This document shows positions 1 to 6,678 of a stretch of 55,660 nt of DNA, piece by piece. The translations under genes were made by a program, and so were the position numbers. Source of the stretch: a virus; IMG/VR virus record IMGVR_UViG_3300028794_000001, positions 1 to 55,660 of that record; one strand, given 5' to 3'. The first letter of the stretch is position 1; every line of letters starts with the position of its first letter. The notes below the pieces were generated by a model. It did no database searches. It was not told the origin of the DNA and worked only from the letters and a program-made list of their open reading frames with translations.

Positions 1-127
1 GGCTTCCTTCCCCTTGATCTCCAGCGCTCCGCCCGGTCCCTTGTTCTCGGGGGCGTTCGGATCCGGTTGACGGGGCGCCCCGCTCATCATCGGATCTGGT
101 TGAAGCCCGTTGGGCATTTCCGCGGGC
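1..127. repeat. Terminal direct repeat, identical copy at 55534..55660 (circular-contig overlap)
   Basis: The first 127 nt (GGCTTCCTTCCCCTTGATCTCC...CATTTCCGCGGGC) recur exactly as the last 127 nt. The repeat lies inside one continuous reading frame (portal). Confidence 0.9.
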
Positions 128-825
128 TTGCCAGCCGGGTTGTCCCCGCCCGCGCCCAAGGGCTTGTGCATCTGGTCGGGCGCATGGGGGTTGGCCGCGG
201 TCCGGTCGTCTGGGTTCTTGACCGGCTCGCCGGCCTTGGGGGCAGCAACCGCGGGGTCGCCCTCGGGCTTGGGCGCGGACGGATCACCCGGCTTGACGGT
301 TGGGTCTTTCGCCTGCGCCGCGGGGTCGTCGGGCGGCGGGTCAGTAGCGGGGTCCGCGCCGGGCTCGGCGGGGGGTTTGGCGTAGCGCCCTTCCTCGCCC
401 GGCTTCGGGGCTTCGCCCTCGCCCGGCGCGCCCTCAGGTCCGCCCTCGGGGTCAAGCCCGACCATCTCCGGCTTCAGCTTGTCGGCGTCGTCCGCGCACA
501 GCTCGAAGCCCTCGCGCGTCTCCTCATATGGGATCAGCTCAATGATCCGCGCCGCCATGTCGTCCGCGCGCCACATCACCTCCGCCGTGATCCAGTCGAT
601 CACATTCAGAGAGGGCTCGGCGGTAAGCCGCTTGTCCACGCCGAAGATTCCGAGCCCGCTGACGATGTTGTCCCATGAGTCCCCGCGGATGGGGCTGTCC
701 ACCCGGACGACTTCACCGGTTCGGGGGGTGACATTGCGTCGCAGTAGCGCAGTGGACTTGCCGGCCTCTGGCGCGGAAGCTGCTTTACTGTTAATCAATT
801 TGGCTTGGATGTTCTTGATCCCCAT
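1..825 (-). CDS. Portal protein, N-terminal part. Full gene = 825..128 joined to 55660..54034, about 774 aa
   Basis: The minus frame is open from ATG 825-823 to base 1 (275 codons) and is in phase with ORF 54034..55650 through the 127-nt overlap. The product MGIKNIQ...GDSWDNIVSGLGIFGVDKR...RIIELIPYEETREGFEL looks like a DUF1073-type portal N-terminus. The ORF is absent from the track because it runs off the window edge. Start 825 versus TTG 798 is unresolved. Confidence 0.8.
   Translation of the reverse strand, partial: MGIKNIQAKLINSKAASAPEAGKSTALLRRNVTPRTGEVVRVDSPIRGDSWDNIVSGLGIFGVDKRLTAEPSLNVIDWITAEVMWRADDMAARIIELIPYEETREGFELCADDADKLKPEMVGLDPEGGPEGAPGEGEAPKPGEEGRYAKPPAEPGADPATDPPPDDPAAQAKDPTVKPGDPSAPKPEGDPAVAAPKAGEPVKNPDDRTAANPHAPDQMHKPLGAGGDNPAGKPAEMPNGLQPDPMMSGAPRQPDPNAPENKGPGGALEIKGKEA
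784..794 (+). promoter_or_regulatory. Weak copy of the class I motif (cTTTACTGTTAA)
   Basis: It is one T short of the TTTTACTGT core shared by six intergenic copies. It lies inside the minus-strand portal ORF, about 180 nt upstream of ATG 973. Confidence 0.3.
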
Positions 826-851
826 GAGGCGAAAGGTACACCATCGGGGAA

Positions 852-873
852 TGGACTGGACGCGCGCACTCCA
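852..873. promoter_or_regulatory. Class II upstream element, copy a (TGGAC TGGAC GCGCGCACTCCA)
   Basis: The 17-mer TGGACGCGCGCACTCCA (857-873, arms TGGA/TCCA) recurs identically at 25283-25299 and 52155-52171. Confidence 0.6.
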
Positions 874-943
874 CATGCCCTGGAATCGGACGGTCTTGGC
901 GGTTTGCTTCGACGTAAAGGTCCTGAACTAGGTGAGGGACGGT

Positions 944-959
944 TGGCCCCTGTCCTGCA
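944..959 (+). promoter_or_regulatory. Sigma54-type -24/-12 element TGGCCC-CTGTC-CTGCA
   Basis: The GG and GC dinucleotides are spaced as in the consensus TGGCAC-N5-TTGCW. The block TGCAATAGATACCGAAC-ATG parallels the copies at 25201-25215 and 52064-52078. Confidence 0.5.
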
Positions 960-972
960 ATAGATACCGAAC

Positions 973-1101
973 ATGAACCCGACCATCCGGAACCTCGAAG
1001 CGCAAATCGCCGCGACCCCGGTCAGGGATCAAGCGTCCCTGCGCGCCCTCTACACCAAGCTGTCCCACGTCTACGCGGAGCTGCTCCGCCCTACCAGGTG
1101 A
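973..1101 (+). CDS. Small hypothetical protein (42 aa)
   Basis: ATG 973, TGA 1099-1101, GC-rich third positions. Product: MNPTIRNLEAQIAATPVRDQASLRALYTKLSHVYAELLRPTR. It is below the ORF-track size cutoff. Confidence 0.5.
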   Translation: MNPTIRNLEAQIAATPVRDQASLRALYTKLSHVYAELLRPTR

Positions 1102-1104
1102 CTT

Positions 1105-1371
1105 GTGCCCACGAAAAACGACTGGTTTATCAAGCAGGTAGCTACTGGTTCGCAAGGAACATTCGTGCGTCTGGTCACCCCGAGCACGAACGGACCTGGG
1201 TGGATGAGCGAAGCGGATGGCAAGCTCGCCGCGCAGGCGCCCGCGATGGCGAGGCTACTACTCGAGGCAACCGGCTATGACGGCGATTGCTGCATCTGCA
1301 GGTTGATCGGCAGGCACACGCCCGACTGTGAGCTAGCAGCGGTCCTCCGCGCGGCGGGGGCGCTCCCTTGA
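1105..1371 (+). CDS. Hypothetical small protein, paralog of 1368..1655 (Ea22-like C-terminal motif)
   Basis: GTG start. Shares ...AQAPAMARLLLEA...LRAAGALP with the next ORF. Stop overlaps the next start (TTGA). Confidence 0.65.
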   Translation: MPTKNDWFIKQVATGSQGTFVRLVTPSTNGPGWMSEADGKLAAQAPAMARLLLEATGYDGDCCICRLIGRHTPDCELAAVLRAAGALP

Positions 1372-1655
1372 AAGCTTACGAAGAAACGTGGGAGCTGGCT
1401 GGATCCGAAACCAATGAGACCTGCCTCAAGAAAGGGCATGTCCTCGGCATTCAGGTCAAAGGGAAGCCTTTCGACGAGGTGGTCACGACTGACTCGGGGG
1501 TCTATGGACCTACGTTGGAGCGCGCTCGACTGATCGTGCAGGCGCCTGCGATGGCGCGGTTGCTGCTGCGGTTAAGCCGCCAGCACCAAGCGCTCCCTGG
1601 CATCGGCAGCTCTGAAATAAACGACCTGCTGCGCGCGGCGGGGGTGCTGCCTTGA
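1368..1655 (+). CDS. Hypothetical small protein, paralog of 1105..1371
   Basis: TTG start within CCTTGA. Carries ERARLIVQAPAMARLLLRL...LLRAAGVLP, the same C-terminal module as the preceding ORF. Confidence 0.6.
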   Translation: MKAYEETWELAGSETNETCLKKGHVLGIQVKGKPFDEVVTTDSGVYGPTLERARLIVQAPAMARLLLRLSRQHQALPGIGSSEINDLLRAAGVLP

Positions 1656-1855
1656 CCCCCGAGCAAGTGACCCTCGGCGTGTTGGTGCGCGTTCGCGACG
1701 CACAAGACCATAGCCCCGGCGCGATCATCTCACCGCGAATCCTGGACCTGAACGTCTGGCGGCGTGGGGGATACGAAACGATCCCGTGTGTGCTCGTGTC
1801 CCTCCCGGCCAGAACGCAGTGGACTCCGCTCGAATACCTTGACCTCTACCCCTAG
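1652..1855 (+). CDS. Hypothetical protein (67 aa)
   Basis: TTG start overlaps the previous stop (CCTTGA again). The frame has GC-rich third positions. Confidence 0.5.
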   Translation: MTPEQVTLGVLVRVRDAQDHSPGAIISPRILDLNVWRRGGYETIPCVLVSLPARTQWTPLEYLDLYP

Positions 1856-1867
1856 TTTTACTGTAAA
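1839..1867 (+). promoter_or_regulatory. Class I motif: TTGACC-N14-TACTGT within TTTTACTGTAAA
   Basis: Intergenic, 21 nt upstream of the GGAGGA-ATG 1888 start. TTTTACTGT core at 1856-1864. Confidence 0.5.
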
Positions 1868-1887
1868 GTCCCGAACGGAGGAAGCCC

Positions 1888-2535
1888 ATGCCAGGTAAGC
1901 CGAAGAGCGTTACGAACGAAAGCTGTATCAAGATCGCTGAGGAGCGTGACGAGCTGGACAAGCGACTTACCGCTTCTCTGAAAACGGGGCGCGAGATCGC
2001 GGAGGAGCGAAACGAGCTAAAGCAGCTACTCGCAGACATGCACAAAGCGGTCATTCACCTGGAAAAAGGACGAGAAGAACTCGTCGATCAGGAAACAAAT
2101 CTGATGAAGGAGGTCGAGGCGCTCACCAAGCAGCGAGACATTCTGAAGAAGGAACGCGACGCTAAATATGAACTCATTGAAGAGACCACCGAGGAACGCG
2201 ACGAATTGAAGAAGGAACTTGCGGCGGAGCGCGAGTGCATCTTCCGCCTTCAGGAGCAACGCATCGAGCTGCGAAAAACAATCGAAACCCTCAAAGCAGA
2301 TCAGCCGCACAGCTACAAAGCCCACCCCTGGAAGGACATCAACCTGACCTGGAGCGCACTCCTCGCTGCGTCCCTCGACAACTCCCGGTTGGTCGGCGTC
2401 GAGATCGAGCTGGAGGGCGGGCATCGCTACCTCATCGGCGACGTGAACACCGACGGCGGTCAGTTCGGTCAGATGAACATGGCCTTCCACCGCGATGTGA
2501 TCGTGAAGCGGGCGCGTGTGATGGTGCGCCGGTGA
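1888..2535 (+). CDS. Coiled-coil protein with C-terminal globular domain
   Basis: GGAGGA precedes ATG 1888. The sequence is E/K/L-rich with heptad character (ERDELDKRL...EERNELKQLL...) and ends ...GGHRYLIGDVNTDGGQFGQMN. Confidence 0.75.
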   Translation: MPGKPKSVTNESCIKIAEERDELDKRLTASLKTGREIAEERNELKQLLADMHKAVIHLEKGREELVDQETNLMKEVEALTKQRDILKKERDAKYELIEETTEERDELKKELAAERECIFRLQEQRIELRKTIETLKADQPHSYKAHPWKDINLTWSALLAASLDNSRLVGVEIELEGGHRYLIGDVNTDGGQFGQMNMAFHRDVIVKRARVMVRR

Positions 2536-2741
2536 CCGACAAAGAGCAGATCGCGCACCTGCGCAAAGCGCTCGAAGCTGTGTGCGACGTCGGAATCGAC
2601 CGAGTCGACGAGTGCATCAGGTACGCGCAACGGGGATTGGATGGTATCGAAATCGACGATTGTCTCAAGCGCTACGGCAGGCCTTGGGAGCGCTGCACAA
2701 AACCCGTCGGGCATGACGGTGATTGCGGGTATGACGCGTGA
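2532..2741 (+). CDS. Small Cys/His-rich protein (69 aa)
   Basis: GTG 2532 overlaps TGA 2533-2535 (GTGA). Product VTDKEQIAHLRKALEAV...CTKPVGHDGDCGYDA carries a GHDGD motif like the MazG-fusion tail. Confidence 0.55.
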   Translation: MTDKEQIAHLRKALEAVCDVGIDRVDECIRYAQRGLDGIEIDDCLKRYGRPWERCTKPVGHDGDCGYDA

Positions 2742-2875
2742 TCGCCCGCATCCGCTGCTTCTTCGTCGGCCACTCGCCAGTCGACACCCGCGACTGGTAC
2801 CCTAAAATGGAGTACGTCCACCATACGTTCGTGTTCCCCATCGTCTGCTCCTGCTGTGACAAACAACTCAACTGA
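2738..2875 (+). CDS. Small Cys-rich protein (45 aa)
   Basis: GTG 2738 overlaps TGA 2739-2741. Product: VIARIRCFFVGHSPVDTRDWYPKMEYVHHTFVFPIVCSCCDKQLN. Not in the ORF track. Confidence 0.4.
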   Translation: MIARIRCFFVGHSPVDTRDWYPKMEYVHHTFVFPIVCSCCDKQLN

Positions 2876-2884
2876 AAGCCTGTC

Positions 2885-3316
2885 GTGATCCCGTTCCTCA
2901 AAACCCGCTGGTCAAAGCTCTCCCCAGGCATGCGCGTTACCTTCGCGGCCGTCATCTTCATCTGTATGATCCTGCCCGGCGGCTTCGTGCTGCTCGCTGC
3001 AAGGGCTGCGCTCGGACACGCGCGATCCCGGCGAGGCCAGGTAGATGCCCTGGCACTGGGCGCACTCGCGATGCTGGCTGTCGCGGGACTCGCGGTCGTC
3101 GGCTTCGCACAGGCGAACGTCGTCCTCTACGACTTGCGCTACCAAGAGGCGCGAGCCGAGCGCTGCGAAGCTCGCGCCTTGGGCTCAGATTCGGATGAGC
3201 TAGCTCCCCTGGTCCCCCCGCCCGAAGAACAGCCCAAGCCGGAACCCGCGCCCGCCCCGCCGCGCGAGCCCGATCCGCTCGTACCAGATCCACCGAAGCC
3301 CGAGGACAACCCCTAG
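2885..3316 (+). CDS. Membrane protein with Pro-rich tail
   Basis: Two hydrophobic segments (VTFAAVIFICMILPGGFVLLAA, ALGALAMLAVAGLAVVGFA), then PPPEEQPKPEPAPAPP. Its stop overlaps the convergent stop (CTAG). Confidence 0.6.
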   Translation: MIPFLKTRWSKLSPGMRVTFAAVIFICMILPGGFVLLAARAALGHARSRRGQVDALALGALAMLAVAGLAVVGFAQANVVLYDLRYQEARAERCEARALGSDSDELAPLVPPPEEQPKPEPAPAPPREPDPLVPDPPKPEDNP

Positions 3317-4176
3317 CCTCGACGCGCCACCCGGCGCAGCCGCTGCGCCTCGTAGGCGTCGACCCGCGAGGCTTGCGCCGAAGCCCGATGCACAGCGATG
3401 GGGATGACCTGCCCGCTTCCGACCAGCTGCCCTGAGACTCCCAACTGCCCGAGCCCTTCGCACGTCGGGGGCTCAGTGGTGCCGGTGCCCATCAGCGCCG
3501 ATGCAGCGCCTGCGAGCGCGCCCAGTCCGCCAACCGCGGGCGGACCATAGCCCTCGCTCCCGCCCGGAAGCCCTGCGAAGCCTGCCCCCATCTGCTCGAG
3601 CTGCACAAAGCCGCCCGGCGCTGGACTTGCGAGGACGCCCGCCCCAACAGCACCCCGCGCGCCCGAACCAATGAGCGAAGGGTCTGGAGCGCTCAAAGCC
3701 CCCATTCCCGCCGACCCGCGCATTCCCGCGCCCGCGATCCCCGCCGTCCCTGCGAAGCTCCCGGCCCCAGCTGCCCCGCGCGTCCCCGTCCCCGCGAGCG
3801 CTCCGCTTCCGGTCAAGACACTCGACCCCGCAACACCTTGCGCACCTACACCTACTAAGGATCCTTGTCCGGCCATCGAACCGGCGCCCGCCGCCCCGTG
3901 CGCGCCCGCGCCGATGAGCGCGCCTGAAGTGCCCGTAAGAGCACCTCCGCCAGCCTCCCCCCGCGCGCCCGCTCCGGATAGCGCGCCAGCTCCCGCCAAC
4001 GTCCCCGCTCCAGCTGCACCGGATGCTCCCGCCCCAGACAGCGCACTCGAGCCGCTCAATGAGGCCGAAGCGCTGACCCCGTGCGCGCCCACGCCCGCCA
4101 GCGGCGCAGTGCCCACGAGCGCGCCGTCCCCGATCACGGATGAGGCCTCGACCAGCGAGCGAAGCGCGACCAGCAT
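3313..4176 (-). CDS. Gly/Ala-rich protein with about 8 tandem ~20-aa repeats
   Basis: Repeats such as AGASGAAGAGTLAGAGALSG, AGARGEAGGGALTGTSGALIG and AGAHGAAGAGSMAGQGSLVG. ATG 4176 overlaps the upstream TGA by 1 nt. Confidence 0.65.
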   Translation of the reverse strand: MLVALRSLVEASSVIGDGALVGTAPLAGVGAHGVSASASLSGSSALSGAGASGAAGAGTLAGAGALSGAGARGEAGGGALTGTSGALIGAGAHGAAGAGSMAGQGSLVGVGAQGVAGSSVLTGSGALAGTGTRGAAGAGSFAGTAGIAGAGMRGSAGMGALSAPDPSLIGSGARGAVGAGVLASPAPGGFVQLEQMGAGFAGLPGGSEGYGPPAVGGLGALAGAASALMGTGTTEPPTCEGLGQLGVSGQLVGSGQVIPIAVHRASAQASRVDAYEAQRLRRVARRG

Positions 4177-4676
4177 CAGGGGCCCGTGTAGTAGGTGACC
4201 TGGATGCGCACGAGCCCACCCGTCCCGATGGCCGGCGCAACGATGGTGCTCGCGGTGTTGGCGACGGCGCTCTTCAGCGGGTAAGGGAAGGTCAGCGCCG
4301 CGACCCGGTCTTGCGCCGCGGCCGCAAGCAGGTTGCCGCAGTTCCAGGCCAGCCCGTTCAGGTTCGTGGACGTGAAGGCGAGGTTCGTCGCGGCGGCCGC
4401 GATGGCGGTGATCGTCGGGTTCAAGCGGGTGATCTCAATCGAGGTGAGGTAGTGGAACAGCCCCGCGCCCGTGGCGGGGAGCGTCGCAGTCACCGTCGTG
4501 TTGGCCGCGCTGATCGCACTCACCACCAGGGCCGCGACTGTCGGCAAGGCGTTGCCCGCGGAATCAACGGGGACAACCGCCTGCGCCTCGACGAGGTTCG
4601 CGCCGACGGTGTTCTCGAAGGTCTGCACCTTCTTGCCCGTCGAGTCTGGCGCGACCTGCACGATCCCGCTGGCCAT
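4176..4676 (-). CDS. Hypothetical virion-like protein (166 aa)
   Basis: I moved the start to ATG 4676 (MASGIVQVAPDSTGKKVQTFENTVG...), which overlaps the upstream TAA by 1 nt. The long N-terminal extension in the track is Arg-rich and looks like out-of-frame sequence. Confidence 0.7.
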   Translation of the reverse strand: MASGIVQVAPDSTGKKVQTFENTVGANLVEAQAVVPVDSAGNALPTVAALVVSAISAANTTVTATLPATGAGLFHYLTSIEITRLNPTITAIAAAATNLAFTSTNLNGLAWNCGNLLAAAAQDRVAALTFPYPLKSAVANTASTIVAPAIGTGGLVRIQVTYYTGP

Positions 4677-5074
4677 TACGCCCCGCCCTCGACGATCCCC
4701 AAGGAGTTGATCACCACGGGCCCACCCGAAACGATGGAAGTCGTATTCAGGTTTATATCCGCGCCCGACGCCCCGACCGTGCCCTGCGCAACGCAGGTCG
4801 TCCCGTCGGCCTTGTAGATGCGGAAGTGCGACGCCGTCCCGGTCGCGCTCGCGTTCACATTGGCGGGCGGGGTGAAGGCGCTGGTCCCTCCGCTTGCCGC
4901 GGGGGCGAGGGGCGAGCCCATGGTGTGCTGAGAAAGCAACGTCCCGGTCGCAGCTGCCGCACAATCCGCGGGAGGCGCCCCCATGTAAATGCGAAGCAGG
5001 CCCGCGTTTCCCACTGCCGTGGTGATCGCATCCGCGCGGGCGTTCCGGGCAGCTACCGAATATTGAGCAGTCAT
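4676..5074 (-). CDS. Hypothetical virion-like protein (132 aa)
   Basis: I moved the start to ATG 5074, preceded by GGGAG. Product: MTAQYSVAARNARADAITTAVGNAGLLRIYMGAPP... This is a recurrent phage family with no function that I know of. Confidence 0.7.
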   Translation of the reverse strand: MTAQYSVAARNARADAITTAVGNAGLLRIYMGAPPADCAAAATGTLLSQHTMGSPLAPAASGGTSAFTPPANVNASATGTASHFRIYKADGTTCVAQGTVGASGADINLNTTSIVSGGPVVINSLGIVEGGA

Positions 5075-5115
5075 TACAGTCTCCCTGTAACCATCCACCC
5101 TAGCACAGGGACAGC

Positions 5116-6678
5116 TTAGCGCCCGTCCTCCGCGCGCAATGTGCCCATCCGCCGGGCGAAGTCCAAGGCGCTGTTCGTCCAGATGCACTCGAGCTGCGAG
5201 CCGGCGTCGACGTCATCGTCGTGCGTTGCATTCGGGAACTGGGCGAACTCGTCGATCACATCCGACGTCCAAGCGTGGTGCTCGGGCAGGAACCAATGCC
5301 CGCTCTGCACCACCGGCTCCATGACCTCAGCACGCGCTTCCTTGCCGCTGTTCGACACCTCGTTCGGCACAGCGAGCACGCCGTGGTACTCGGCCTCCAG
5401 CGCCTCGATGATCGCGTCGCCGTTCGCCTTCGCCTCGATCCAGATGCGGCGGATCTTCGGCCAGCGCAGCTTGAGCGTCTTGATCCAGTCCACAGTCTTC
5501 ATGTACCCGACCGGCCCACTGAAGCGGTCGAGCACGTAGCGATCCATGCCCTTGCGTCCGACAACCCAGCAGACCGCGCGGTCCGCGTCCTTGCGCTTCT
5601 TGAAGTTCGAGTCGACGCTGAGGACGACCTCGTCGAAGCGGAACTTGTCGAGGTTCAGCACGGCCGAAGGGCTCGCGTCCTTGGTCGCGCAGCCATCCGG
5701 GCGCGCAAAGCCTACGCTCCCATCGGGCCGCCAGAAGCGCCACCACTCACGCTTGAAGCGGTTGCCCTCCGCCGCGCTGGGGCGCTGCTGGTAAAGGCTG
5801 ATCCATACACGCTCGAGCACACTTTTACGGATACGCTTCAGGGCCTCGTTGTCGTAGCGCTCGGGGTGGAGCGCGTCGCCTGCATTGCGCAGCGGGCGTT
5901 GGTCGATGTCCGAGACCTCATCCTTTTCAGCCACCGCGGGAAAGTTCAGCACGCGATAGGTCTCGCCCTCGCCGGTCTTCATGCGCGCGAGGATCTTCCC
6001 CGCGAGATCATTCTCATGCCAGCGCGTGAGGATGATCAGCACGCCCCCGCCGGGCATGAGGCGCGTGTACGCGGTGGAGCTGAACCAGTCCCAGACCTTC
6101 TCCTGGTACACCTCAGAGTTTGCCTGCTCGGCGTCCTTGACCGGGTCGTCGATGATCAGCACGTGCGCGCCCATGCCTGTGATTCCTCCGCCCACGCCCG
6201 CGCTGCGGTACACGCCCCCTAGACGCCTCCCGTCAGCGCCGCAGGTCTCGAAGATGTCGCTGTTCCGCAGCGGCTGCCCGTACGCCACCGTGCGCACGTT
6301 CGAGCCGTTCAAGCAGGTGTTCGGGAAGATCGGCTTGTAGCTGGGCGAGTCGATCACGTTCTGCACGTCGCGGTTCATGCGCGAGGCGAGGTCGTCCCCG
6401 TAGCTCGCGCCGATGAACTGCAGCGAAGGCGTCTTGCCCAGCGCCCACGCGGGGAAGCGCCTCGATACGATCTCGCTCTTGCCGTGGCGCGGGGGTGCAA
6501 AGAGCATGAGCCGCGGGGAGCGCTTGGCGATCACCTCCGCGTGGAACCATTCGAGAGCGCTGCAGACCTCGCGGTGAAACCAATTCGAGGTGTACTCGGG
6601 CATGGTGCGGTGGATGAACTCGAGCAAGTCGCGTCGCGCAAGCTCGCACTCCAAACTTTCAATTGAAGGTTCACGCAC
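5116..6678 (-). CDS. terL: Terminase large subunit
   Basis: Walker A FAPPRHGKSE, Walker B VLIIDDPV, coupling motif TRWHENDL, and a C-terminal nuclease-like region (VLSVDSNFK...HDDDVDA). Confidence 0.92.
   Translation of the reverse strand: MREPSIESLECELARRDLLEFIHRTMPEYTSNWFHREVCSALEWFHAEVIAKRSPRLMLFAPPRHGKSEIVSRRFPAWALGKTPSLQFIGASYGDDLASRMNRDVQNVIDSPSYKPIFPNTCLNGSNVRTVAYGQPLRNSDIFETCGADGRRLGGVYRSAGVGGGITGMGAHVLIIDDPVKDAEQANSEVYQEKVWDWFSSTAYTRLMPGGGVLIILTRWHENDLAGKILARMKTGEGETYRVLNFPAVAEKDEVSDIDQRPLRNAGDALHPERYDNEALKRIRKSVLERVWISLYQQRPSAAEGNRFKREWWRFWRPDGSVGFARPDGCATKDASPSAVLNLDKFRFDEVVLSVDSNFKKRKDADRAVCWVVGRKGMDRYVLDRFSGPVGYMKTVDWIKTLKLRWPKIRRIWIEAKANGDAIIEALEAEYHGVLAVPNEVSNSGKEARAEVMEPVVQSGHWFLPEHHAWTSDVIDEFAQFPNATHDDDVDAGSQLECIWTNSALDFARRMGTLRAEDGR

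Noticed and set aside
1-127. The terminal repeat as a biological direct terminal repeat or cos region.
   Set aside because: It lies in the middle of the portal coding frame, and its length (exactly 127) is that of a common assembler k-mer. It is more economically explained as circular-contig overlap. Only read-level data can exclude a true repeat.
67-678. Track ORFs 67..678 (+), 87..455 (-), 110..385 (+) and 479..931 (+) at the window start.
   Set aside because: All overlap the unlisted minus-strand portal frame (825..1), which has portal motifs and is continuous with 54034..55660. The listed ORFs are Arg/Pro-rich shadow frames.
857-873. The 17-mer TGGACGCGCGCACTCCA being itself the sigma54 -24/-12 site.
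   Set aside because: With GG at positions 2-3, the expected GC at positions 14-15 is TC (or off by one when counted from the preceding pentamer), and there is no TTGC. The properly spaced GG-N10-GC elements lie about 90 bp away.
3430-4170. Periodic DNA of about 60 bp, as a possible CRISPR array or noncoding tandem repeat.
   Set aside because: The periodicity is imperfect and in frame. It translates into Gly/Ala repeats of about 20 aa within a coupled ORF. There is no repeat-spacer structure.
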